NCBI RefSeq assembly: GCF_018350175.1
Contig: NC_058368.1
Coordinates: forward strand, 25,732,001-25,796,000
Direction of reading: 5' to 3'
Length of the DNA: 64,000 nt
From: Felis catus
Taxonomy: Eukaryota
Part shown: piece after piece, positions 26,912-40,249 of the stretch
Numbering within the stretch: the stretch's first letter is position 1
Layout of the letters: every line of letters starts with the position of its first letter
Position numbers and translations under genes: made by a program
The notes under the pieces: model-generated
What the model was told of the DNA's origin: nothing
The model's database searches: none
Seen by the model: the letters and a program-made list of their open reading frames with translations, nothing else

Positions 26912-29879
26912 CTAAAAGAAAGGAAAGAATTTTATTTAGATTTCATGTTTTCTTCAAATGTATGTTAAGAACTAAAAGAAATAACACTATTTCATATTTA
27001 CATAAAATATAGCATTTACATAGATCAACTAATATTTACCCTTGGCTCTCCTCAACTGACCTACTTGTAATCATTTGGTAAAAATAAAAACCACATTAAT
27101 CCCCTGTGTACATGTTATAAGTTTATATCACTTAACACTATTGCAACCTGTCCTAATAACAGTTTATCCAAGTAATGATCTTGTTACTGTTACCTTTATT
27201 TCTGCATACTATATAATAGTCTAATTTTAAAAACCATGTATTAAATATCTACTCTAAGCAAAGTACTGGATGTAATATCTGTTCCCAGCCAGAAGATATA
27301 AAAGCTATACCCATAACTACAAGAAATAAATTTTAATTAATGTTTAAGAGAATCCCAATGTGCCAGGATCAGATAGGAGACCATTTCTTCCATTCTAGGA
27401 GTTGAGGAATGGCTTAACAAAAGAGAAAGCCTCAGCTAAGTCTTGAAGGGCACTGGGATTTCAACAGGCTGAGACAGGAAAATAGTATCAGATGTATCAG
27501 CTGAGCAAAGCCACAAAGAGTCTGATCATGAAAATGTAGTCACATTTGGCTCGGAGAGTACAAACTAAGGAATAGTGGGAGATGAACTATAAAGGAGAAC
27601 TGAGGCTAGACCACAGAGTATCTTGACTATCACAGTGCAGAGCATGGACTTTATTCCTTAGGCAATGGAGAGCCACATGTATTGCATGAACAAAAGAATA
27701 CAGTATAAAATATGCTCCTAGAAACTTGCACCAGAAAATATATATAAAATGGATATGACGACCAGTTAGAAAACTACTGTTTCTCCATAACACCAGACTG
27801 AGTTCCAACCTGCCTTCACTCAGAGGCTCAACCACTCATTCTGTGATGAAGTGTCTACAAACATTAGGCATTGTGCCAAGTGCATGGTATACAGTATGAA
27901 CACAGGTCTTTGTCCTCAAAGGTCCTAGTTTAATGCAAAACAATTCGATCCATGAACAACATAAACAGGATAATAACTTTATGACAGGTACAACGTGCTG
28001 TCAGGAAAATGCAGATGAGAAAGCTAGCAAAAGACAAATTAAATGAGAGATGAGGTCAACAGCACGGAGGCATTCCAGGTTAAGAGAGTAATCCAATTAA
28101 ACACAGAAGTGAGAAGATCTAGCACATTCTTTCTAACATCAGTGAATGGTAGGCTTGAGTCAAGTGGTAAAGAGCCTCTTGGGCCAGACTAAGGAATCCA
28201 GAATCTTAAACAGATTTGTTTACTGCAGGACTCCTCAGAGTCTTTCACGTATTAAAATGCAATGTTGATCACCCTTTTGTTGGGAAGCACCTAAAAGAGA
28301 AGTGAAAAAATTCTAAGATTTCATGTAAAAATATGCATTTGCAGCTCCTCTCAAAAGACTGGAAGATTTGGCAGCGATAGTGCCCTCACCCACCCCTCAA
28401 TTCAGTATGACAATAATCCCTTTGACATGCACAGACAGGCAATGAATTCATTGCAGTCCCTTCCCTATTACTCCTGGACCTGGCTTCTAGGGACATTTAA
28501 TTAAGCTAACCTTTCAGACAGAGGTGCTGCAATCAAAATAAAGGCAAAGATGCAGGGAAAGCACTTGCAGAATGTTTACTGAATTGAATTGAGGTTAATG
28601 CAAAAACTCACAAAAAAGTAATGAAGGCTTTAACCAGGCAATGGCAGAATGCAAAGAGGAGGAGTGTGTGGCAGGATATCTGACCTGTCAGAACTGACAG
28701 AAGAAGAAATGATTGGAAGTAGGCAGCAAGGGGAAAAGGACTGATTAAAGATCATGCTGACATTTCCAGTCTGGGGGATAGAAAATCACCCAGATGCAAT
28801 TAGAGAACACAACAGGGGATGACAATTTTATTTTCATATATTTATTTATAACATCATCTTGGCTGGAATGATAAGAGATTGATGAACTCTGGATGAGTTA
28901 ATTTTCTAGAATAAAAAAGACTTAAGACTTATTTTTAAAGGATTAGGTATTCTTTTGTCTTGGCATATAAATGTATGAAGTATACACGACCTTTTGTCAT
29001 TCAATATTACCAATAAAATATATCTTTTTCATGATAACCTGTGGTTAAAATTATAAACATCAACTACTGTAAAACACGGTAATATCCTCAGAAATGAACG
29101 CAGTGAACATGTAGCCCACCCTTTCACTGAATGCCTCACAATGCTGTGCAAGTCAGTCCTTCATCACTCTGAGTCCACTTCTCAATACCCCGCCACTATT
29201 TCTTTACACTCCAATCCAGTTCCTCTGGCCTTTCTAGAAAATTGTCTTTTTCTTACACTTTTTAAATACTTCTCAGATTTGACATCAATGGGAGGAGACT
29301 TTTCACTAATTACTGACAGCCAATAAAACACCCCCTTTTTGAAGGTTAAAAAAATCAACCAAATAATACCAAGTCTTTAACTGTGCTCCAGGATTTTTTG
29401 TTGGTTTTGTTTTAATTCCTATTCATACATTCCCTTCTTGAAAAGCCAGTTCAAAAACCATTAGATGGAGCCAAGGAAGGTGGGTATCTGAAGACTGGGT
29501 TGAGAAGAGGCAGCATAACCCGAATGGGATGGAAAGCAAGTGCCTGGGGCTGAGGGGATAGCCTGGGGCGAGGTGTCAGCGCCCAGGAGGGTAAGGAAGG
29601 CATCCCTATAGAGGAATGCTTCAACAAGAAGTGTGTCAGAACCTAGCAGGGTCAGGAAATAAAGGGGTGTGGGGGGGGTGCCTGGGTGGCTCAGTGGGTT
29701 AAGCGTCTGACTCTTGATTTCCACTCAGGTCATGATCTCACAGTTCGTGAGATGGAGCCCCAAGTCAGGTTCTGTGCTGACAGCGTGGAGCCTGCTTGGG
29801 ATATTCTCATTCTCCCTCTCTCCCTCTTTCCCCGCCTCCCACCCCTCAAAATAAATAAATAAACATTAAAAAAGAAGAA

Positions 29880-31040
29880 GAAGAACTAGGACTCCATGGA
29901 GAAATGCCTGACTCCAGGCTCTGACAGAAATACGCAAGGTGAGTCCAAAACCATTTTTCTATGACAAAAAGTAAGTGCTCAAAGAATGATGAAGACATGC
30001 CAAAAGGCCATGGGGCTGCACTACTGAACTGCACACTTTACAAAGGGGCATAGGAACCGGGCTAGGAGGAGCTTCCAGTGGCTGCATTTTGGACAATTTG
30101 AACATGAGAATAAATGATGATAGTAACAAACTGACTCACTGACTAAAACTGGAATCCATGAGTTCACACTAACATAGCTAAATTAATAAAGTGGAAAATT
30201 TGATGAGAAAGGAATACATAGGGGCGCCTGGGTGGCTCAGTTGGTTAGGTGTCCAACTTTGGCTCAGGTCATGATCTTGCAGTCCGTGAGTTCGAGCCCC
30301 ACATCAGGCTCTGTGCTGACATCTTGGAGCCTGGAGCCTGCTTTGGATTCTATTCTGTCTCTCTCATTCTCTCTCTCTCTCTCTGCCCCTCCCCCACTTG
30401 CACTCTGTCTCTCTCTCTCTCAAAAATAAATAAACATTAAAAAAAAAAGACATCGAATATATACATAGTCTCCAAGTACCACCTCACAGAATATTAATTA
30501 TAAAAGGGAAAAGAGTAACTTTACAGTGAAAAAGCATAGAAGACACTCCTTAATCAAGTGATCAAAGTTACCACTACCAGTAATGGGACAAAATGAAAAC
30601 ACATAAACCTTGCTAAAATACAGTAAGAACCCAGTTTCACCTGGTATATAACCCCAATCTAATCATGAAGAAACATCAAACTCAAATTACATAAAATAAC
30701 AGCCTTGTAAACATCAAGCATGTTGACACTTATACAGCATACAAGTCAATCAAAGACTTCCAAATGTTCTAGATTTAAGGAAACTGAGAGAACGGACAAC
30801 AGAATATAATTCAACGTTGTGGACTGGATCCTTTTGCTATAAAACAGTCTGGAGATAAGTAGCAAACCCTGAATAAAGTCTAAGGATTAGGCAGTACCAT
30901 ACGATGTTAACCTACTGATTTGGAGGGGTGTGCTGTGATTGTTGTAGGAGAATGTCCTTTTTGTAGTCACCAAAAAACCACAAAAGTTCTTTATACTGTT
31001 CTTCTGACTAACTTTTCTGTAGCTTGACATTGTTTTAAAA
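29880..31040 (+). mobile_element. Old L1MC/MD-like 3' UTR, interrupted by a SINE at about 30221-30450
   Basis: aagagtaactttacagtgaaaaa ... ccttaatcaagtgatcaaagtta ... ggactggatccttttgctataaa. Confidence 0.6.
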
Positions 31041-31049
31041 TGAAAATAC

Positions 31050-31625
31050 TGGGGTGTCTGGCTGGCTCAGTCGGTGGAACATACAGGACTCTTGATCTCG
31101 GGGTCATGAGACCAAGACCCACACCGGGCACAGGCCTACTTAAAAATTAAAATAAAAAATTTTTTTAATGAAAAAGTTTTTAGGGGCGGTGGCTCAGTCG
31201 GTTAAGCATCCGACTTCGGCTCAGGTCTGATCTCACCGTTTGTGAGTTCAAGCTCCGCGTTGGTGTCTGTGTGGCCGGCCCAGAGCCTGGAGCCTGCTTC
31301 AGATTCTGTCTCCCTGTCTCTCTGACCCTCCTGCACTCACACTCTGTGTCCCGCTCTCAAAAATAAATAAACATTAGGGGCGCCTGAGTGGCTCAGTCAG
31401 TTGAGCATCCGACTTCGGCTCAGGTCATGATCTCACGGTCTGTGCAAGCCCCACATCAGGCTCTGTGCTGACAGTTCAGAGCCTGGAGCCTGCTTCAGAT
31501 TCTGTGTCTCCCTCTCTCTCTGCCCCTCCCCCACTTGCACTCTCTGTCTCAAAAATAAACATTAAAAAATTTTTTTAATAAAAATAAAAATAAATAAACA
31601 TTAAAATTTTTTTAAATAAAAAGTT
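31050..31625 (+). mobile_element. Cluster of three SINEs; the third sits in the tail of the second
   Basis: aaaataaataaacatta duplicated on both sides of the element starting at 31377. Confidence 0.9.
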
Positions 31626-34600
31626 TTTAAATTATCTCTGCATCACTAACTTACTTCTTTTAGAAGCTATGTGCCATGAAAATGCTGGGTCAAGAGCATG
31701 AATATTTTATTATTAATATGTCTAGCCTTCTCATTATCCCAGTCCCACTGCTGGATGAGTTCGTCCGTGTCTTTCTATAAGGGCAGCACCAAGAACTGAA
31801 CTGTTGGCACTGTAGCTAACTGGCAGAGAAAACAGCAGGATTATTATTCTACTTTGTTCTGGGCAGTAATGTGTGTGTGAATACATGTGAGTGTGTCATA
31901 TATGTGTGTACACATATATATGTTGCCAGGCTGGCCTTCAGAAAGTCTGCACCTATTTAAACTCCTATCAACAGTAAGGTTTTCTAAATTTAGTCAATTT
32001 TATAACAGAAAAATTACATCTCATTGATTTTTGTCCACATATTTTTTATTAGTGGGCCCCCATATGACCCTAACTGTTAAATGTGTTTAGAAATAAAGCT
32101 AGAACTCAAGAGCCTGAAGCCTGCTTCAGATTCTGCCTCCCTCTCTCTTTGCCCCTGCACCACTCACACTCCCTCTCTCTCTCTCTCTATCAAAAATAAA
32201 CATTAAAAAAAAAGTTTTTAAATTAAAAAAAAAAACAAATAAAACTTAACCTAAAGTAAAACCGTAAGCTAACTGAAACGCAGTACACATCACACATCCA
32301 AAGGTATAAAAATAATCCAAGTACAATGCTTTAGAAACATTGCATAAACTGCCTAAGAGAAATGGCCCAAATGTCACCAGCTGTTACAACAGGCTGGATT
32401 CTCCTGTTTTCAGGTATAAACGGAACCAATTTGGGGAGAGCTGCACTCCCACCTGCATGTCTTCTCCCCGTCCTCTGCCTCTCCCAATTCCTCTACTCCA
32501 CAGCACTGTCTCTGCTGGAATGAACAACCGCACCACACAGACCTTCCTGGCTTCTGGCCTATCTAAGGCACTGCAAACTGCTGCTGCTTACCTTTGGGAG
32601 ATGTGCCGGGGAAGGGAGGTCCATACCCACACATCATACACAACACAGAGTCTGTACTATGCAGTATGTGGCACAACAGTAGGTAAACACTACTGGCTAT
32701 TTTACATGCATTGAACCCCTGAAATATTAATACCACAACCTTTTAATAGATGAGGAAACAGAGAGGGTAAGCAACTTACCGAAAGTCACACAGCTAGTAA
32801 GTTAACAAGGTCTAGATAAAGCCCAGAGCTGAATGACTCCTGAGTCCATACTCATAGCCACTATGTCACACTGGCTCTTTAAAACCTTGTTTTCATGCTT
32901 TACCCAAATATACTTTTTTTTTTTTTTTGTCACACAGATCATCCATAAACTGGTTAATCTTCCTCTAAGAATCCATACTTGACTGTGTATCTCCTAGCCT
33001 TAAAAATATTTGAAGATGGTTTCACCTGGTCTGCCTTAAATCTTCTCTCAACAGCCACAGTACCTTCAAATATTCCTCATAGGACACCGAGTTTTTTAGT
33101 TTTTTCTTTGTCCTTGTCTCACTCTACTAAAGGAACTTATCTGTCCATGTCTCTAAGTACAGCACTAGAACTGAACTTAATATTTGCACCATATGCTAAG
33201 TGGCAAAGAGAAGAGTGAGATTATCATCCCACTTCATCCTAAACAACAAACATCTACTAAGGGAGCCTTTTGTTTATAGCCACATAACCCTATGACTCAT
33301 ATCTACTTTAAACCAATTAAAATCCTGAGAACCTAGTCACAGGCACTGCAAAGCCATTCCTCATCACCCTACATTTAATAGTGAATTTAGTAACTCAGTA
33401 TAAGGAATGAAAACTAAAAGAATTAATAGCACAAACAAGACAGACAGCCAGGAGGCCTACCATGGAACAAGCTGTTTTTAAGCATTTCTATAGCAATGTT
33501 AGTAATTACCATAAAGCTGTTCTCATCATTAAAAGGATTTAGCTCTGTAAGACAAGACTGATTATATTTCATGTTAGGTAGATGATCTGCCAGGTCCTTT
33601 AGCTAACATAAAAAAATACATGCACACCTGATAACATTAAAAGCAAAGAGTTTATTGTCAAGACCAGGACACTCAAGAGAGTGAAAGCGGGGACACTATT
33701 AATAACTGCATAGGGAAAATATGTAAACTGGGACTATTCCAGGCAAACCCAGGGGTATGGCTACCCTATACTAGATGCAACTGTGTAAACTGTCTGCTTT
33801 AAATTAAGGAATGAATGAACAACCGCACCATGCAGATCTTGAAATTTTCTCCCCAGCAAAGGTTGATACAACTGCAACATACCCACCGTTGCTGATCTAG
33901 CATGCTGCCTTTACTTCAGGGAGCAAAGAGCTCGCAGAGGTTTCCTGAACCTCAGCTTTTATCCCATTTCCCATACTAGTCCCTTCTTCCCCGCACCCCC
34001 CCCCCCAAAAAAAAATTTACATTCTTCAACCAGGTATTTTCTTCCCACAGAGGTTTTGAGGAACACAATATTCATGGCAAAAAAGGACAACATTTGAGTT
34101 TACAAAACATTTTAACAAACCCTAAGCTGTTTTTGCTCAAAAACACTCTATGGGTTGGTAAGGCATTATTATCCACATTTTACAAACAAAAAAGCTACGG
34201 TTTAGATAGCTAAGGCCAAATAATTATCAATAGCCAGTTAGGACTAGAACCCAGGTCTTGAGCTCTAGTATAGTTATTACATAAAACAACACGGTCCACC
34301 ATTAAAATACATTTTTCCTGTAGTCTGCCTTTCTTCAGTGACATATTGCTGAGATTTAATCTTGATAGTGGCTCCCATTTTCAGTAAAGCCAATTATAAG
34401 AAATTCTGAAGTCCACAACTGAAATAGTAGGTAATTATCTGCGTTATAAGGGATTCCATGTTGAAAAAGAAAAAAGATCACCCCAGATTTCAATTAAAAG
34501 TATGCAAAGTCTGCATTCCCTTATACTTTCAATAAAAGTATGATAACTCACCAAAAAATGTTATTTATCTACAACCTTCCAGAAATATGTTAATTTTCCA

Positions 34601-35207
34601 GTTATATATGCAAATAAATGACAACTATTTCCATACTATCTCACTGGATTCATAAAAAAGGCTTGCAAAACAGGCAACTTTAGGCATAAGGAACCTAAAC
34701 TCAAAAGATTAAGTGGCCTGTACAATCGCACTGATAGTCAGTGACAGAGCCACAACAGAAACCTACTGCAGTTTTCTTACAATTCAAGGGCTGAATTCAA
34801 GCCTCGTTCTGCTATTAAATGTGTAACCATCTCTTGAGAAAATAAGATATTACTTGTCCTTACCTAACTTTAGAACTTTGGATATAAAACCATGCCTGTT
34901 TCCAATCAACATCTTGTTAAAACAAAATGAAGGGTTAAAAGATCTGTCAGAACAAAGGTAAGGAAGAAAAAAAAAAACTAGAAAGAAAACCCTGGGGTCA
35001 AATAACATTTAGAGATTGAGAAGATGAAGAGAAGAAGCCAGCATTAGACTGAGAAGGAACAGTCCCCTATGGACGACAATCAGGAGTGGTGTCCCAGAAG
35101 TGAAATGAAAAAAGGGGTTCGAGGATTGGAATAATCACTATGTCAAAATTCTGTTGAAGGACAATTAAGAAGGCTGACAGGTGACTCTTAGATTTAGGAA
35201 GGTAGAT

Positions 35208-35620
35208 GTGCCAGATTGTAAAAAAGGACTACAAATCCTTCGCAGTGACCCCCACCAGGAGGTAGACTGTATTGCTCTCCCCATGAACCTGGGCTTGGCT
35301 ATGAGTTGCATCCTGAGGACTCTGGCAAACATGATGCAAACACAGGTTTGCTAAGTGCTTGTGTATTGGGACTTCTCTTTTGCTCTAGGAGTTTTCACCA
35401 TCATGTGAATGAGCATGCTGCAGATAAAACACACACGGCCACTGTCCCAGCTGAGAGCAAGCCAACCACTAGACACATGAGTGAAGCCATTCTAGCCAGG
35501 AAGGCCAGGTCAGTCCCACACAGAAATGCCCCACAGAATTATAAGCAAAAAATAAGGTTTTTGTTCTAGGCCACTAAATTTGGGGGTGATTTGTAGTGAA
35601 GCAAAAACTAACTAAACTAA
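35208..35620 (+). mobile_element. Old MLT1-type LTR
   Basis: tgtgccagattgtaaaaaagg ... ttgttctaggccactaaatttgggggtgatttgtagtgaagcaa. Confidence 0.65.
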
Positions 35621-36277
35621 CTAATAAAAGGAAGGCACTGGAGACCAACTAGATCTCTTCCAATGGAGTAGTAGGCAGGAAAATCTGATTAGAGTTAAGA
35701 CTGAATGAACAGAGTGGAATGCAAGGCCTCTGCCTGACACCAGCTGAGCTTTGAAAGAGGCTTCCCTTTCTAACAAGGTCTTTCTTTAATCAGGAAACTA
35801 AACCTTTACATTGTTTTCCAGGTGTTGCCTACCCTCTTCCAATACCTCTATAGATAGACGTGGTGACACCATGGCAAAGTCTTTCTACTGAAGCACTTAC
35901 TGGGTACATCTAGTTATGCCCAACCCAAGCATCCATCTTCACAAGATGTGGAGAAGATGGAGGGATGAGGGAACTACATACTCTGCTGCTTCACTGCCAG
36001 TAAGTTCTACCAATAAATCTGACTTTATATTTACACCTATCACTAGAGAGGGGTGTGTGTGTGTGCGTGCACGCACATCTATACACATGCACACAAATAC
36101 ACATGTGCACACACAACTCCTCACAGCGCACCTAACCATCTCTTGACAACCCTTGATGTGCTCATTCTCATTTTCCAGGTAAATTCCCCATCTGAAAAAG
36201 AACTGTTATGACTTGTAAAAGCATTTATAAACATTTCAAAAACCAGCGTTTTAAGATGTCAAAAATAAATGACTTAC

Positions 36278-36351
36278 TTAGCAATCCGCAGTTTCCCAAC
36301 TTCACCTCTTCCAGGGGCTTTAGCCCATTGCTGGGACAAATATTTAGGAAC
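36278..36351 (-). CDS. GTF2F2: GTF2F2 coding exon 2 (VPKYLSQQWAKAPGRGEVGKLRIA + AA)
   Basis: 74 nt; acceptor TTTTTGTAG|GTT, donor AA|GTAAGT; continues exon 1 in phase 0 with recognisable RAP30 sequence. Confidence 0.98.
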
Positions 36352-36819
36352 CTACAAAAATAAATAAAACACTAATAAGACCATGTTTTAGATGCTAACA
36401 AACTTCTTAAACATAAAATGATATAATGTTTCTATGTTACTTTCTGCCTGTAATAACTGATCATTAAGTATCACACTCTCATACATTTTGCACTATAAGG
36501 GATACTAAGAAATCATCTTAATTCTCAAAGAGCTTGAAGTCAGTCAAGCTGGTGACACAAAACTAAAGCTAGTCAAAAAACTTAACAAAACAAAGTGCTA
36601 ACTTATGTTCCCAAGTAAGTCCTAAAGTTCAGACATGAGAAAGGCTACCAGAAAATGTTTCTCAGAGGGGCATAACACTCTAACATGATATTATTCAGAG
36701 ATACCACCAAGTTCAAGATGAGTTCAAAAATCAAATTTTATTGTGCTTAAGACTGTAACTCTGACCAAAGATAAAGGATCTGCTGAAATAAATGATTAAA
36801 TATCACGACTAACATTTAT

Positions 36820-37040
36820 ATAATACTTACTACTTTCCTGACACTGTTATAAGCATTTTCCATACCTTTACACATTTAATCCTCACATCTCTATAAGGTA
36901 GGTAACTGTTAATTACCCTCATTTCACAGAGTATGAATCTGGGACACCCAGGGATTATACAAATTAGCCAAGGTTATATAATTAGTAAATGATGGAGTCA
37001 GGATTCAAACCCAGGCAGTCTGGATCCAGCATCTATTTGT
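36820..37040 (-). mobile_element. MIR
   Basis: catttaatcctcaca ... catttcacaga ... ggattcaaacccaggcagtctg. Confidence 0.75.
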
Positions 37041-37062
37041 AACTAGATATATATTTAACTCC

Positions 37063-37560
37063 CAGGGACCTGGGTGGCTCAGTTGGTTAAGTGTCTGACT
37101 CTTGGTTTCAGCTCAGGTCATGATCTCGAGGTTTGTGAGTTCAAGCCCTGAATCAGGCTTTGCACTCACTGACAGCACAGAACCTGCTTGGGATTCTGTC
37201 CCTCCTTCTCTCTGCCCTTCCCCTGCTTGTGCTCACATGCATGCGTCCGCTCTTGCCCTCTCAAAATAAATAAATAAACATAATTTTAAAAAAAGGGGGG
37301 GGGGGGTTAATTCCCAAAAATGTTAAGAGAATACATGCTGAATCACTACTATTTCTAAAAAAAAAATGTTTTTTAACATTTATTCATTTTTGAGAGAGGA
37401 GTGGGGGAGGGGCGGGGGGTGGGGAGACAGAATCTGAAGCAGGCTCCAGGTTCTGAGCTGTCAGAACAGAGCCCGATGTGGGGCTGGAAGTCACAGACTG
37501 CAACATCCTGACCTGAGCCAAAGTTGGACACCTAACCAACTGAGCCACCCAGGCGTGCCC
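37063..37560. mobile_element. Inverted SINE pair (+ 37063-37295, - 37365-37560)
   Basis: Tail-to-tail heads; TSD gaatca(c/t)tactatttct flanks the minus copy. Confidence 0.9.
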
Positions 37561-38907
37561 TTTTTTTTTTTTTTTTTTTTTTTAGAATCATTACTATTTC
37601 TTCTAAGAGGTAATTTAAACTCTGGAATCAGTACACACCTTCAACGTTAGCCTGCTGTGAGGAATGAGATACCACATGAAGCATAATACCTCACACAAAG
37701 CAAGTACTCAATGAGTGTCAGGTGTCACTGTTATTTCCCCCAGTAGTCTTGGAATGATAACACGAACGTCAATGCATAACTGAGTCAGAGCTTCCAAACA
37801 AGAAAGGAAAAAAAATTCTATTTACCAAGATTTCATTTGCAACAAGAACCACTTAACTATCAAACAAATTATAGTGCTTTGTTTGGATATACAGTAGAAA
37901 AAAATCAGAAACAAGAGGGTCAAAAGAAGATCCTAATGGTATTTCTTCATTTATGAATGCATTCTTTACACCAAAATTTATCAAAGACTAGCCACATTCT
38001 TTAATAAAGTCCATAGGAGAAAGTTAGTGTCTTTTCTCCATCATATTCCAAGTTCCTGGTTCAAATGAGCCCTCTACATATGTAGATGCCATAAGACCTC
38101 CTCCCTGACAGTAATAGTGTCCCTTCCACAATCTGTATTTCAAGCAATCACTATCTCCTATCTTCCTGGCTCTCTCCTCAGTACTTCAACAGTTCTTTCA
38201 TCCCTTCAAATCACTGACTCTAACATCTAAACACTGTTCCTCAGCTGCCTATGTCCCGTCTTCGCTCCTTAAAGGACTTACAGCCCATCATTACAATCAT
38301 TTCCTTGCCCCTATCTCCTCCATCATACTGGCCTGGCAGAAACTTAATCCTCATTAAAGCCAATCTATCTGCTACTTATTTAATTAATTAATTTATTGAT
38401 TTGATTTGTGTTACTTCTCCACACTGCACCTGAGCAACTGGAAAAAAACACAGTGATGCCCAATAGTCTCACTTGAAATATATGGCCACTAACATCAAGT
38501 TAGCCCTTCAAGATGCTTGGCAATTTAACTCCATCTGCCTAGTCAGTTCACTCTCCCACCGCAGATGAGTCACAGGTTCTCTACACTCTTAAACCCACAA
38601 CACCTCTCCCTTCCTTCTCCCTCTGTGCTGATAACCTGACTTCCTCTACCAACTGGGAAAGAGGATCCAGAGCACCTCTAAATCTACCAGGTAGCCAAAG
38701 CAGGAGCCGTTTATCCTGACTTCCCCTCTAAAAACAATACATGAGAAATGGCCAATCCCTCCACTTGTGCCCTGAATTTCTTCCCCTGTAGTCTGATCAA
38801 GGACATCTTTCCTTCAATTCTACCCTCTCTTTCCTCTCTCCTCTAATCATCCCCCCATCAGAATGATGACGACAATGATGACCGTTGACACTAGAGTGCT
38901 TACCACA

Positions 38908-40152
38908 TGTGGCAGGAACACTCTTAAGATGTCCCCCAATGATACTCACTTCCTGACCTTCACACCGTTGTGTAATCACCTCTTGTTGAGTGATAAGGGG
39001 TCCTGTGACTTGTTTCTAATCAATACAATATAGCAAAGGTGAAGGGGATGTTACTCCCCTTCCCTTTGGTTAGGATACCTTTATTCTTTTATTTAATTAA
39101 TTGTTTCCAATCATTTTTATTTTTTTGGCCACAAAATTTGTTGTCTATTTTTTTTTTTTTTTAAGTAGGCTCCACACCCGGTATGGGACCTGAACTCACA
39201 ACCCTGAGATCAAGAGTCACCCAGTGACTCATCACAACAAGTGCACTTCTTAATCCCCATCACCTCTATCTCCAACTCACCTCCCCTCTGGGTAACCATC
39301 AGTTTATTCTCTATAGTTAAGAGTCTGTTTCTTGGTTTATCTCTCCACACCCCCCCCCCAACCATTTGCTCATTTGTTTTGTTTCTTAATTCCACATAGA
39401 CTGAAATCATAGGGTATTTGTCTTTCTCTGACTGATTTGTTTCATTTAGTATTATACTCTCCAGCTCCATCCATGTCACTCATTGCATATGGCAAAATTT
39501 CATTCTTTTTTTATAGCTGAATAATATGGAATTGTGTATATAAATACTACATCTTTACCCATTCATCAATCAATAGACACTTGGGTTGCTTCCATATCTT
39601 GGCTATTATAAATAATGCTGCCGTAACCAAAGGGGTGCATGTATCCCTCTGAATAAGTGTTTTTGTATTGTTTGGGTAAATACCCAGTAGCATGACTACT
39701 GGGTCACAGGGTAGTTCTTTTAACTTCTTGAGAAACCTCCATACTGTTTTGCAAAGTGGCCACTCCCACCAACAGTGCAAGAGGATTCATTTTTCTCTAC
39801 ATGGGATATTACTTCTGTGATTAGGTTACATAAGATGGTGACTTCTGTGTTGCTTCTCTCCTTGTTTTTTTAGTCTGCACACTTTGATGAAGGAAGTTGC
39901 CAAGCTGGAGAGGCCCAGGTGGCAAAAAACTAAGGAGAGGCTCCAGCCAACAGGCAGGCAGGAAACATAAATGCTCGGACCAATAACCTTGGAGGATCTG
40001 AATTCTGCCAACCAGAGAAAAACTCGGAAACAATCTCTCCAGTTACTACTTCAGATGAGACTCCAGCCCTGGCTGACACCTTGCCTGTAACCTGGGAGAG
40101 ACTCTGAAGCAGGAGACCCAATTAAGCCCTGCCAAGACTCCTGACCCACAGA
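38908..40152 (+). mobile_element. MLT1E-like LTR split by a minus-strand carnivore L1 3' end (about 39085-39800)
   Basis: tgtggcaggaacactcttaagatgtccccc ... cagatgagactccagccctggctgacacc; ORFs 39547-39780 and 39210-39479 translate as the L1 ORF2 C-terminus (VWRFLKKLKELPCDP; TWMELESIIL). Confidence 0.8.
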
Positions 40153-40249
40153 GTCATTTTGCAAATGAGGTAACTGAGGCACAGGAAGATGAGCAAATTT
40201 GCTAATTTCAAGATCACACATCTATTAAGAGCAGAATCTATAATTCTTT

